Below are positions 43,401 through 50,868 of a DNA stretch of 64,000 nucleotides, piece by piece. Every line of letters starts with the position of its first letter. Within the stretch, counting starts at the first letter, position 1. Position numbers and translations under genes: made by a program. The notes beneath the pieces are model-generated. The model was not told where the DNA came from and did no database searches. It worked only from the letters and a program-made list of their open reading frames with translations. The stretch is from Callorhinchus milii (taxonomy: Eukaryota), in NCBI RefSeq assembly GCF_018977255.1, contig NW_024704743.1, positions 76,138,001 through 76,202,000 of the forward strand. Direction: 5' to 3'.

Positions 43401-46400
43401 CAACTGTCTGCAACTGAGGCAGCTCCAGCTCAGAGTGTCTGAGCTGGAATCCGAGGTGGAGCCATTGCGCAGCATCAGGGACAGTGAGTGATTCCTGGAT
43501 AGTTTCATCCTGGAGCCAGTCACTCCCCTGAGACTCAGGGAATGTATAGATAATAGTATCAGTCAAGGACAGGATAGGGTGTCTGACAGGCAGGAGGTTA
43601 AGGGAACATCAGAGAGAATCGTAGAGAAACCTCAGGCTTTAATCTTGGCCAACAGGTACAAGATCCTTGCAACCTGTGTGGACAAGGAAGCCTGTGAGGA
43701 GGAAGGAAAACGTGAGTCCAATATTAGGGGAAACAAACAGAAAGTTGTAGTAGTTGGGGATGAGACTATCAGGCAGACAGACGCAATCAGGAGACCCAAA
43801 GGCTCTGTTGCCTTCCTGGGGTCGGGGTGAAGGACGTCTCGGCGGGGCTGGAGGAGAATCTAAAACATGAGGGTGAGGATCCATAGGTATCAATGACATA
43901 GGTAGGGTTAGTTGTGATGATTTGAGGAGGGAGTTCAAGGAGCTGGGAACTAAATTAAAACAAAGAACATCAAAGGTAGTGATATCAGGATTGCATGTGC
44001 AAATTGGTACAGGAATAAGCAAATTAGAGAGTTAAATGCATGGCTGAGGGAGTGGTGCGGAATGCAGGGGTTTCATTTTATCGGCCACTGGCATCAGTAT
44101 TGCGGAAAAAGGGGTCTATTTCAAAAAGATGGGCTCCATTTAAATCGGGCTGGGACAAATGTCCTAGCAAACCGAATACATAGGGAGGTAAATCAAGCTT
44201 TAAACTAGTAAAGGGGGAGGGATACAATTAGAAATAGTCACAAGCCAGCAATATTAAGAAAACTAAAAGTGGCAGAACAGAACAGGGAGAGAGATAAACA
44301 GAATAGGTCAAAGAGGCGTAAGAAGCTCAGTAAAGAAGATAGGGCAGAAGAGAGTAGGGGAAATGGTAAGAAATTAAAATCGCTATATCTGAATGCACGA
44401 AGCATTCGGAATACGATAGATGAATTAAAGGCACAGATACAAACAGGTATGATCTAGTAGCCATTACTGAGACATGGTTATGGGGAGTTAAATATTCCGG
44501 GGTTTTCAGTTTATAGGAAGGACAGACAATGTGGAAAACGAGGTGGGGGAGTAACCTTGTTAATAAAGGATGGAATAAAAACAGAAGAGAGGAAGGATTT
44601 CAAATCAGATAACCAGGACGTAGAGACGGTATGGGTAGAATTATGAAATAACAAGGGGCAGAAAACATTAGTGGGAGTAGTTTATAGCTTTATCACCCCA
44701 AACAGTGATCGCAGCAGAGCGCAGGGTATTAATCAAGAAATTAGAAGAGTATATAGCTAAGGTAATACAGTAATAGTGGGTGATTTCAATCTTCACATAG
44801 ATTGGGAAAACCAAATCGGCAAAAGCAGGGTAGAGGAGGAGTTTATAGAATGTATGAGAGATAGCTTTCTGGAGCAGTATGCTGAGGAACCAACTCGGGG
44901 ACAGGCCATCCTGGACCTTGTTTTGTGTAACGAAACAGGGCTAGTCGGTAATATAGATATTAAGGCTCCTTTAGAGCAGAGTGATCATAACATGATAGAA
45001 TTTAATATTAAGTTAGAGAGCAATGTAGAAAATCCAAAGTAATGGTCTTAAATTTAAATAAAGCTAACTTTGCAGATATGAGGGAAGAATTAGCTAAAAT
45101 AGAATGGAGAATTAGATTAATGGATATGACAATAGACCAACAATGGCAAACGTTTAAAGATGTAGTGCATAATTCTCAGCAGTCACATATTCCCTTGAGG
45201 AATAAGAGTACCACAGGGAAAGCAGTTCATCCGTGGCTAACTAGAGCAGTTAGAGAAAGTATAAAACTAAAAGAAAAGGCCTAAAAAACTGCCAAAAAGA
45301 GTAGCAAACCTGAGGACTGGGAGTGTTTTAGGGACCAACAAAGGAAAACCAAAAAGCTCATTAAGAGTGAGAAAATGGATTATGAGGGCAAGCTAGCTAG
45401 GAACATTAAGACAGATTGTAAGAGTTTTTATAAATACATTAAGAGGAATAGGCTAGCAAAAGTAAATGTGGGTCCATTACAGGCAGAGACAGGAGGAATT
45501 ATAATGGGGATAAGGATATGGCAGAGTCCCTAAATAAATACTTTGCTTCTGTCTTCACATTAGAAGACACAAGAAGTTTACCAGAAATAGAGATGAACCA
45601 AGGGGCTAATGATAGGGAGCAACTTAGGGAAATTTACATTAGCAAAGAATTGGTGCTAGGGAAATTGTTGGCATTAAAAAGTGACAAGTCCCCTGGACCT
45701 GATGGTTTGCATCCTAGGGTTTTAAAAGAGGTAGCTCATGAGATAGTGGAGGCCATATGTCTGATCTTCCAAAATTCTTTGGATTCTGGAACGGTTCCCA
45801 TTGATTGGAAGATCCAAACATCACACCAGTATTTAAGAAAGGTGGGAGAGAAAAGATGGGGAACTATAGACCAGTTAGTCTGACTGCGGTGGTAGGGAAA
45901 ATTCTAGAATCCTTAATTAAGGATGTCGTAGTGGGATATTTAGAGGATCACAATATGATTAGACAGAGTCAACATGGCTTTACAAAAGGGAAATCATGCT
46001 TTTAAATTTTTTTTTGAGGACACATCAAGTAGTTTAGATAGGGGGGAAATCAGTGGACATAGTGTATTTAGATTTCCAAAAGGCATTCGATAAGGTCCGC
46101 ATAAAAGGTTGATCCACAAGATTAGGGCCCACGGAATTAAGGGGAATATATTAGCATGGATTGAAGAATGGCTAACAGGAAGAAAACAAAGAGTAGGGAT
46201 AAACGGGTCCTTCTCAGATTGGCGGGATGTGACTAGTGGAGTGCCACAAGGATAAGTGCTTGGGCCTCAACTATTTATAATCTACATCAACGATCTAGAT
46301 GAGGACATCAAACTTAGCATATTCAAATTTGCGTATGACACTAAACTAGGATGGAGAGTAAACACCGAGGATGACATTAAAAAAATCAACGAGATATAGA

Positions 46401-48635
46401 TAGGCTGGGTGAGTGGGCAAATAGGTGGCAGATGAAGTATAATGTAGGGAAGTGTGAAGTCATCCACCTAAGTGGCAAAAACAGTAGAGCAGATTATTTT
46501 TTAGAAGGGGAGAGACTAGATAGTGTTAGCGTTCAGAGGGACTTGGGTGTCCTTGTACACCAGTCACAAAAAGTTAGTTAGTTTGCAGGTACAGCAAGCA
46601 ATTAGGAAGGCTAACGGTATGTTGGCATTTGTTACAAAAGGGTTAGAATATAAGAGTGGGGAAGTCTTGCTGCAACTGTATAGGGCGCTTGGTGAGACCA
46701 CACCTAGTTTTGGTCTCCTTATTTATGAAAGGATGTACTCGCCTTGGAGGGGGTACAATGTAGATTCACTAGGTTGGTACGTGGGATGAGGGGGATGAGT
46801 TATGAGGATAGGTTGAGCAATTTATAATAATAATAATCCTTGCATTTGTTATAGCACTTTTCACGTCCTCTCGACATCTCAAAGCGCTTCACAGAAAAGA
46901 CTGTAAAGTGAATTGACCATATATTTGTGGGTGAAATGCGGCCTATTTAATTTAGGCCTATATTCTCTAGAATATAGAAGAATGAGAGGTGATCTTGTGG
47001 AAGACTTTTTCCCCTGGTTGGAGAAACTATAACCAGGGGTCACAGTCTTAAAATTAGGAGTAAGCCCTTTCGCACTGAGTTGAGGAAAAACTTCTTCACT
47101 CAGAGGATAGTGAATTTATGGAATTCTCTACCCCAAAGGGCTGAAGATGCTCAGTCCTTGAACATATTCAAGACTGAGATTGATAGATTTCTTGTGGATA
47201 AAGGGATTAAGGGATATGGGGATAAGGCGAGTAGGTGGAGTTAGAATAGATCAGCCATGATCTTATTGAATGGCGGGGCAGGCTAGAGGGCTGAATAACC
47301 TGCTCCTAATTCTTATGTTCTTATGATAACAACTTTTAAGAGAGAAGTAGATAATTATTTGGGGAGGACAAGTTTGCAGAGCTATGGGGAGAGAGGCAGG
47401 GAAGTGGGATTGAAGTGGATTGCTCTTTTCAAAGAACCGCACAGACACGATGGGCTGAACAATCTCCTTCTGCGCTGTATGATTCTATGATCTCATTGCA
47501 CCACATCCACATGTTCACAAATATAATTGGATTAAAATATTGGTGCTAGATACTGGAAACAAAATACACACATGAAAAAACACAGGTTAAATAGATAAAA
47601 CAGAGTTATTTATAGTGAAAATATATTTTTTTAAATTAAGGTTCCTGAATATAAACAATTAATTTTCACAATTGCCCACAAAATACACAGTCACTCCATT
47701 TTATAGTATATCCTGTGAAGCGCTATTAGATGTCTTCCCGAGATGAGACACTTTATCAAATGTACAACAACAACTTGTATTTATACAGCGCTCCTCAAGC
47801 AGGGTAGTGTCTCAAGAGCGCTCAACTCCACTGGCTCCCCATCCCTCAGAGGATCTAACTCAAGATTCTCGTCCTCACTTTCAAGGCCATCCATGGCTTT
47901 GCCCGCTCCTACCTCTTTAACTTGCTGACTCCCTACCAACCTGCCCGCTCCCTCCGTTCAGCGGGCCTCCGGCCTGCTCCATGTCTCCCGGCCGACCCGC
48001 CCTACCATCGGTAGGGGGGCCTTTCTGCCCCCACTCTGGAACTCCATCCCACAGTCCCTTCCCCTCGCTTCCTCCCTTGCCTCCTTCAAGGCCGGTCTCA
48101 AGACCCTCCTCTTCAATCGCGCCTTTGGTCGCCCTCCCACCTCTCTGCCTTCCCTCACCCCTACCCCACCCCTCCCCCATGCTCGGGTCCTGACCCCTGA
48201 CTGTCCAGTGCTTTGGGACCTCCTCCCGACATGAACGGCGCTCTATAAATGTAATTTTGTTGTTGTATTATTAACAATATATCTTCCGACGTAATGGATT
48301 AGAGCAATTCACCTCACTCAGGATACTCTCAAGGGTCGGTGGAACTTCCACAGGGGGCAGATTGAATTCTTCGTCATCCAGCTGTTAATAAGTGCAAAAG
48401 AAAAAGTACAGCCACGCGTTATTTTTCAAGAAGTGCTGACAGTTTTACAAAGCAATAACACATCAACACCGTACAAGCTGTGTGGTCCAGAGAGAGAGCA
48501 AGTCCACAGTTATTTTTTTTCTCCCACCCACCATTGCCCATAGAAAAGGAAGCACAAGGAAGTTGGAAACAAATGCATCAGCTGACGAGGCATGAACAGA
48601 CACAGAAGGTTTTGGGTGCAGTTGCAACAGTTTTA

Positions 48636-48690
<55 letters not shown>

Positions 48691-48981
48691 CACGGCTGAT
48701 GGTCAGTGGTAATGAGAGACTAAAACAAGCTCTGCTGTGCCTGAGTGCTGACTGAGGGCAGGAGCACAGGGTCACTGCCCCTCGCAACTCTTCCACTCAA
48801 AAGTGCAACCACAAAAGTGCACCGCTTGCAAAGTCGGGATAAAGGAGAGAGATCGCGGAACCAGAAGGGTTTTTAAAGGTTTGCAACTTCTCATGTGCAA
48901 CTGTTCAATTCTTACCTCGTCCGCTTCGGGTAAGAATATCCCCGACACCGGGTGAGGGCTCGAACCCCAGTCCCCGGACAT
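856..48981 (-). CDS. VPS8: VPS8-like gene (CORVET complex subunit), 36 coding exons in window, 1057 aa, 3' end beyond window start
   Basis: Manually spliced GT-AG exons are all phase-compatible and stop-free. Recognisable VPS8 motifs: PPTLESIL, CESRCLFSG, GRAYPLGDIPEDLV, FTPSQIGCLFTFLARQLA, LLELLQAGGIV. Confidence 0.93.
1714..1861 (-). CDS. VPS8: VPS8-like exon 35 (TVPWPFQ...YIELLCQ...YRLEEAIE)
   Basis: tag|T ... GAG|gtatgg; 148 nt, phase 2-0. Confidence 0.9.
2724..2770 (-). CDS. VPS8: VPS8-like exon 34 (DPQLLFQFLNGILDP)
   Basis: tag|GAT ... AG|gtgagt; 47 nt, phase 0-2. Confidence 0.88.
2808..5660 (-). mobile_element. L2-clade LINE, 5'-truncated and degenerate (APE endonuclease + reverse transcriptase remnants)
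   Basis: Fragments LQNVRSLCNK/MALTETWL (endonuclease), YRPISNLPFLSKVLE, LDLSAAFDTVDH and MYADDTQLY (RT) lie in shifting frames. 7-bp TSD tcacaac at 2801-2807 and 5661-5667. Confidence 0.93.
6865..6954 (-). CDS. VPS8: VPS8-like exon 33 (ELLEINPRQTAMLILREFSSSIATILEILK)
   Basis: tag|GAA ... AAA|gtgagt; 90 nt, phase 0-0. Confidence 0.85.
7443..7760 (-). mobile_element. L2 3' fragment
   Basis: HWLSIPQRIKFKIL remnant and (caa)n tail similar to the 2808-5660 element. Confidence 0.8.
7930..8028 (-). CDS. VPS8: VPS8-like exon 32 (IQVHKYIHHVINNVEMTKDESVSFKEELFNHIH)
   Basis: cag|ATC ... CAT|gtaaga; 99 nt, phase 0-0. Confidence 0.83.
8420..8504 (-). CDS. VPS8: VPS8-like exon 31 (YRICEFVYERKRLHSKILMCYIHDEIRK)
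   Basis: tag|C ... AAG|gtaagg; 85 nt, phase 2-0. Confidence 0.9.
8638..9430 (-). mobile_element. L2 3' fragment (older)
   Basis: ORF2 C-terminal remnant (FHLHHIAHLRPYLT, ETLVHGFITS) and L2-type tail. Confidence 0.8.
10067..10149 (-). CDS. VPS8: VPS8-like exon 30 (ALLELLQAGGIVYFDEEKLISLAEKVQ)
   Basis: cag|GCA ... TT|gtaagt; 83 nt, phase 0-2. Confidence 0.92.
10973..11294 (+). mobile_element. tRNA-derived SINE with L2-type 3' end and (TAT)n tail
   Basis: B-box gagttcaattcc; body nearly identical to the copy at 26726-27048. Confidence 0.9.
12290..12490 (+). mobile_element. L2 3' fragment
   Basis: Close match to the reverse complement of 2810-2990. Confidence 0.8.
12951..13007 (-). CDS. VPS8: VPS8-like exon 29 (VLDFLCDPEDSSRHEERQQ)
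   Basis: tag|GTG ... CAG|gtaaaa; 57 nt, phase 0-0. Confidence 0.92.
13530..13842 (+). mobile_element. L2 3' fragment
   Basis: GGRAFSHCAPRL remnant and (gtt)n tail. Confidence 0.78.
14461..14580 (-). CDS. VPS8: VPS8-like exon 28 (VMVEGTEFTPSQIGCLFTFLARQLARAESSLFVNKQLFDR)
   Basis: tag|GTG ... CGG|gtaagg; 120 nt; hallmark VPS8 motif. Confidence 0.95.
14813..14884 (-). CDS. VPS8: VPS8-like exon 27 (TFEDLQKDKQAVEFQQRITDILLK)
   Basis: cag|ACA ... AAG|gtgaag; 72 nt. Confidence 0.93.
15782..15901 (-). CDS. VPS8: VPS8-like exon 26 (VFQSLMRAHS...NTREFLNVLAL)
   Basis: tag|GTT ... CTG|gtaaga; 120 nt. Confidence 0.93.
16719..16791 (-). CDS. VPS8: VPS8-like exon 25 (CCLSGRAYPLGDIPEDLVLVVKKE)
   Basis: tag|C ... 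GAG|gtagga; 73 nt, phase 2-0. Confidence 0.95.
17712..17754 (-). CDS. VPS8: VPS8-like exon 24 (ELVTIGNKVLVYI)
   Basis: cag|AG ... AG|gtaggt; 43 nt, phase 1-2. Confidence 0.9.
17845..17896 (-). CDS. VPS8: VPS8-like exon 23 (EMIQAIDSILKTGKLHS)
   Basis: tag|GAA ... A|gtaagt; 52 nt, phase 0-1; needed for frame continuity. Confidence 0.85.
18051..18140 (-). CDS. VPS8: VPS8-like exon 22 (IVSLSRTHGLYDVLVHIFNKGMNDYVTPLE)
   Basis: cag|ATT ... GAG|gtaaat; 90 nt. Confidence 0.92.
18479..18701 (-). CDS. VPS8: VPS8-like exon 21 (DFLCGSIYDKL...LECLEPHIL...TTLDIHQ)
   Basis: cag|A ... CAG|gtatgt; 223 nt, phase 2-0. Confidence 0.95.
19288..19334 (-). CDS. VPS8: VPS8-like exon 20 (KAIPICVVACILIDK)
   Basis: cag|AAA ... 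AT|gtaagt; 47 nt, phase 0-2. Confidence 0.85.
19711..19800 (-). CDS. VPS8: VPS8-like exon 19 (MVDVILQYIQATLKSCPQHGKIQVMEEHYQ)
   Basis: aag|ATG ... CAG|gtacat; 90 nt. Confidence 0.92.
19975..20100 (+). repeat. Short dispersed repeat (possibly Penelope-derived terminal fragment)
   Basis: gacctgaaac...agatgctgcctgac...cagcatctgcag also occurs at about 59640-59765; family assignment is from recall. Confidence 0.6.
20487..20533 (-). CDS. VPS8: VPS8-like exon 18 (LPGENQKKKALVKDK)
   Basis: aag|GA ... AAG|gtaagg; 47 nt, phase 1-0. Confidence 0.88.
22270..22619 (-). mobile_element. tRNA-derived SINE inserted in an older repeat
   Basis: Same head and tail as 26726-27048; flanked by taaga duplication (22265-22269, 22620-22624). 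Confidence 0.82.
22856..22946 (-). CDS. VPS8: VPS8-like exon 17 (RIDFLVKQEQFSEALALGWAFHEGTAKATV)
   Basis: cag|CGT ... G|gtaggg; 91 nt, phase 0-1. Confidence 0.93.
23322..23357 (-). CDS. VPS8: VPS8-like exon 16 (SVHVISLKVWHE)
   Basis: tag|TCT ... GAG|gtgagt; 36 nt. Confidence 0.88.
23703..24630 (-). mobile_element. CR1 LINE 3' fragment with internal deletion
   Basis: IYINDLD/SKFADDSKL/WQMKFNVEKC RT remnant and (attctat)n-type tail. Confidence 0.88.
24996..25070 (-). CDS. VPS8: VPS8-like exon 15 (REIQEKACYQSIWTYGGQTVFLGAK)
   Basis: tag|CGC ... AAG|gtacga; 75 nt. Confidence 0.92.
26245..26415 (-). CDS. VPS8: VPS8-like exon 14 (WVNSRTLLLQD...KLHVIDR...KQTISPTM)
   Basis: cag|TGG ... ATG|gtatgt; 171 nt. 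Confidence 0.92.
26726..27048 (-). mobile_element. Full-length tRNA(Ala)-like SINE with L2-type tail
   Basis: Head gtagctcagtggttagagc (A box), cacTTTGCAAgtg anticodon-like arm (TGC), gagttcaattcc (B box); (TAT)n tail. Confidence 0.92.
27562..27639 (-). CDS. VPS8: VPS8-like exon 13 (LNCAGDQIEFASLMEIDLQYEIINLK)
   Basis: cag|CTA ... AAG|gtaagg; 78 nt. Confidence 0.85.
27762..28152 (-). mobile_element. Second, older tRNA-derived SINE family
   Basis: tRNA-like head (gggttcaagccc) and shared body; related copies near 31790-32210, 52900-53130, 58370-58640, 60655-61090 and 63740-64000. Confidence 0.75.
28481..28588 (-). CDS. VPS8: VPS8-like exon 12 (AQPSSVPVLAWQFVWTQERVDPVLAFCRGSKIIFFH)
   Basis: tag|GCA ... 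CAT|gtaagt; 108 nt. Confidence 0.93.
29887..29946 (-). CDS. VPS8: VPS8-like exon 11 (LLVVGLKPSFNILYRSPYGK)
   Basis: tag|CTG ... AAG|gtaaat; 60 nt. Confidence 0.92.
30635..30788 (-). CDS. VPS8: VPS8-like exon 10 (RAIGTKTCESRCLFSGTKSEVCCIEPL...SLTK)
   Basis: tag|A ... AAG|gtagaa; 154 nt, phase 2-0. Confidence 0.95.
31163..31780 (+). mobile_element. Non-autonomous hAT-type DNA transposon (MITE)
   Basis: About 20-bp TIRs cagcaccaacagaaaattgc / gcaattttctgttggccctg; imperfect 8-bp TSD gtcatgac / agcatgac; no coding capacity. Confidence 0.75.
32481..32548 (-). CDS. VPS8: VPS8-like exon 9 (FTVEPTLAVCNDSSSNVFELHF)
   Basis: tag|TTT ... AA|gtaggt; 68 nt, phase 0-2. Confidence 0.92.
32991..33077 (-). 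CDS. VPS8: VPS8-like exon 8 (IIVWDSGTGKLLRTITDAHPPGSAVLSIK)
   Basis: cag|ATC ... AAG|gtaaat; 87 nt; WD40-like segment. Confidence 0.95.
35004..35128 (-). CDS. VPS8: VPS8-like exon 7 (PKQALKLCLGST...LLCGFARGQ)
   Basis: tag|AT ... CAG|gtaaaa; 125 nt, phase 1-0. Confidence 0.95.
35783..35837 (-). CDS. VPS8: VPS8-like exon 6 (AVSDLIAIGTLHGLILIF)
   Basis: cag|GCT ... G|gtaagt; 55 nt, phase 0-1. Confidence 0.93.
36672..36704 (-). CDS. VPS8: VPS8-like exon 5 (DRVDAGTPTAM)
   Basis: cag|GAT ... ATG|gtaaaa; 33 nt. Confidence 0.92.
37745..37838 (-). CDS. VPS8: VPS8-like exon 4 (CKDPQLLPVAQGSVLHHIILKGLSAQITSAA)
   Basis: cag|G ... GCT|gtaagt; 94 nt, phase 2-0. Confidence 0.92.
38095..39260 (-). mobile_element. 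Cluster of degenerate L2 fragments
   Basis: RT-region remnants (PQGSILGP-, YADD-like) and an L2 3' piece. Confidence 0.75.
40460..40584 (-). CDS. VPS8: VPS8-like exon 3 (GIESENVVDPLLSEEAF...LLKPTN)
   Basis: cag|GGC ... TG|gtgagt; 125 nt, phase 0-2, exactly bridging exons 2 and 4; sequence poorly conserved. Confidence 0.8.
40845..41650 (-). mobile_element. CR1 LINE 3' fragment with internal deletion
   Basis: SGVPQGSVL, IYINDLD, WQMKFNVEKC remnants; same family as 23703-24630. Confidence 0.88.
41877..42012 (+). mobile_element. CR1 3' fragment, left half (interrupted by a younger CR1)
   Basis: Matches the reverse complement of about 41015-41150 and continues at 47326. Confidence 0.8.
42014..42340 (+). 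repeat. 28-bp minisatellite, about 11.5 copies (agtcaggagcagagg[c/g]aggagagcagtc)
   Basis: Direct tandem repeat; the ORF track shows a 28-aa period. Confidence 0.95.
42422..42550 (+). repeat. Imperfect AC-rich tandem repeat (cagtaaactaacagctaacactaacta)
   Basis: About 4 imperfect copies. Confidence 0.85.
42629..43343 (+). repeat. 49-bp minisatellite, about 14.5 copies, built from the CR1 ORF1 start region
   Basis: Unit gacagtgagggtgggagaggtggcaATGgcgtggccggtgttgtgtgag; the ORF track shows a 49-aa period. Confidence 0.95.
46825..46948 (-). mobile_element. 5'-truncated SINE inserted in CR1 ORF2
   Basis: TSD aattta at 46819-46824 and 46949-46954; removing it restores DRLSNLGLYSLEYRRMRGDL. Confidence 0.88.
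47326..47492 (+). mobile_element. CR1 3' fragment, right half
   Basis: ataacaacttttaagagagaagtag continues the 41877-42012 fragment and ends in a gattctatgat tail. Confidence 0.82.
47820..48268 (+). mobile_element. L2 3' fragment
   Basis: LHWLPIPQR remnant and L2 tail gcgctctataaatgtaattttgttgttg. Confidence 0.82.
48313..48381 (-). CDS. VPS8: VPS8-like exon 2 (LDDEEFNLPPVEVPPTLESILSE)
   Basis: cag|CTG ... GAG|gtgaat; 69 nt; PPTLESIL motif of the VPS8 N-terminus. Confidence 0.92.
48637..48688 (+). repeat. (ATCA)n microsatellite
   Basis: About 13 perfect copies. Confidence 0.95.
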
Positions 48982-49450
48982 GTCGCTTGGCCCCGAGCAC
49001 CAGGAACTCAGTCATCTGACCCCGAGAGGAGGAGCGTGAAAGGCTCCAATGCTCAGCGACGCAGGTAACTCACTCACTCACACTCACTCACTAACTGCTT
49101 AGCTACACCAACTGTGCTGTGAGAGGAGGTCAGAGCAAAGCCACAGCGACACACACCTGTAATTTTCACCCGCATCTGTTTCCACGTTTAAGATTCCCTT
49201 CCCCCAAAAGTGTGCAAAATTCTTAAATTGACTCTTAAAGTTTTGGGCGCCCTTTTTAAAAATATTCTTCCAAGTTGAGGCCCTATTTAAGACTTTTTTT
49301 GCAATTCTGCGCCAGTTTTTAACAACAAAAGATCTGACATTTGACTGTGTCCTAGCCTGACCTAACATTTATCCTGGGTGGGATGGGGGGGAAGAGAAAA
49401 GGGGGAAAAAGAGAAGGGGAGGGCGGAGAGAGGGGGCTACGCTGAATTGG
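48780..49450 (-). promoter_or_regulatory. Putative promoter / 5' region of the VPS8-like gene
   Basis: Local CpG enrichment around the first coding exon; CCAAT near 49046; G/A-rich tract with a GGGCGG box near 49420. Confidence 0.5.
48916..48981 (-). CDS. VPS8: VPS8-like first coding exon (MSGDWGSSPHPVSGIFLPEADE)
   Basis: ATG in a CpG-rich patch; strong donor GAG|gtaaga; phase 0 matches exon 2. Confidence 0.72.
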
Positions 49451-50347
49451 CTCCAAGGTGATGTACATGGCAGTGGAATTTCAGAATCGCCACTTTCCGA
49501 TAAACTGAATAATAGAATTATACAGCAAAGAAGGAGGCCATTCGGCCCACTGTGTCTGCGCCAGCTCTTTGAAAAAAGCTATCCAAATCAATCCCACTCC
49601 CCCGCTCTTTCCCCATAGCCCTGCAAACTTGTCTTCCCCAAATAATTATCTACTTAAAAGTTGTTATCGAATCGGTTTCCAATCGGCTTGTTCTGGAACA
49701 AGAGGGCAAAGGGTTTTCCAAGGGATTTGAAACTCGTGTTATCTAAACTGATGTTCCAATGCAGTGGGTGGTGCTGCGTTATTGGACGTCCTTCGGGTGA
49801 GACGTTAAACCAAGGCTCCATCTGCCTGTTCAGAGAGGAGGAAATTTCTCCCGGCCAACATTCCCCAAATAAAATTGGTCATTCACTCCATGGCTTTTTG
49901 CGGGATATTGCTGTGTCCAAATTGGCTGCCACGTTGACCCAAAAAACACACAGTCAAAGCACTTTTCAGTATATCCTGTGAAACAATCTTGGGCATCCTA
50001 TACCAAAGGCAAGGTTTATTTGTTTTTATACAGTATGATAATAATCACAAGTTTAGGATTTCAAAGAAAAAAATCAGGACAGGTACCATGAAGGTGATGC
50101 TGAGGACTGGACTCATTGATCTGTGCTGGGAAGATAGTTGAGTGTGATTTCTGGAAGGATAAGTTCAAATGAGTCCAAGTGCCTTCTTCACCAAACCTCT
50201 CATGTGATGTGTTGTGAGTAAAACCTCTGTGGTGACTTAGGTAGTCAGCTTCATGAGTGTGACAGTTCCAAAGTACTCCCAAGAACCTGCTAATGACAGA
50301 GCAGCTAACCTGATACATCGGCAGGACATGGTGGGGTACGGATTCTC

Positions 50348-50625
50348 ATTGATCCTTGAATTTGATATAGCGCTTTTTACGTCTTCTCGACATCTCAAAG
50401 CGCTCTACAGAATAGACTATAAAGTGAATTGACTGTATATTTGTGGGCGAATGCGGCAGCCAATTGCACACAGCAGTGTCCCACAAACAGTTGTGGATTG
50501 AAAATGACCAATTTTTTTTTTTTTTGGACGGATTATTATTAGGTGTGTGGAGTAAGGAAACTTGCCCAAGGTTTCGCCCTGCTGGGAATTGAACCCAGGT
50601 ATCTTGCTTGGAGGGCAAGTGCTCT
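50348..50625 (-). mobile_element. tRNA-derived SINE
   Basis: Same family as 26726-27048. Confidence 0.85.
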
Positions 50626-50760
50626 ATTAGAAGGAGAAGGGAGTTTCTCCTGGTATCCTGCCAACAATCCTCCAGATAAATTGATTATTCACCTTGTTGG
50701 AGCTCAAAGTCCTGAGGTGAGTGGTATCTACCAACCAAGCCAAGTTGACGCTCATTACTG

Positions 50761-50851
<91 letters not shown>

Positions 50852-50868
50852 AGTATATATATATATAC
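50761..50868 (+). repeat. Compound (TG)n/(TA)n microsatellite with an 18-bp higher-order unit
   Basis: gtgtgtgtgtgtgtatat repeated. Confidence 0.92.

Larger units (their letters stand above)
42013..47325 (+). mobile_element. Near full-length degenerate CR1 LINE (ORF1 Zn-finger + SGNH esterase; ORF2 APE + RT)
   Basis: ORF1 remnant from ATG 43318 (CEDC...HICSNC, VVVGD, DGLHLN). ORF2 remnants YLNARSIRN, GDFN, SDHN, KSPGPDG, NYRPVSL. Tail ttcttatgttcttatg. Multiple stops and frameshifts. Confidence 0.93.

Noticed and set aside
41965..43566. Long ORFs (121-324 aa) on both strands
   Set aside because: They are translations of the 28-bp and 49-bp minisatellites, which lack stops in some frames; not protein genes.
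50061..50318. 85-aa minus-strand ORF upstream of the VPS8-like gene
   Set aside because: No recognisable domain or splice support; may be a decayed retroelement remnant.
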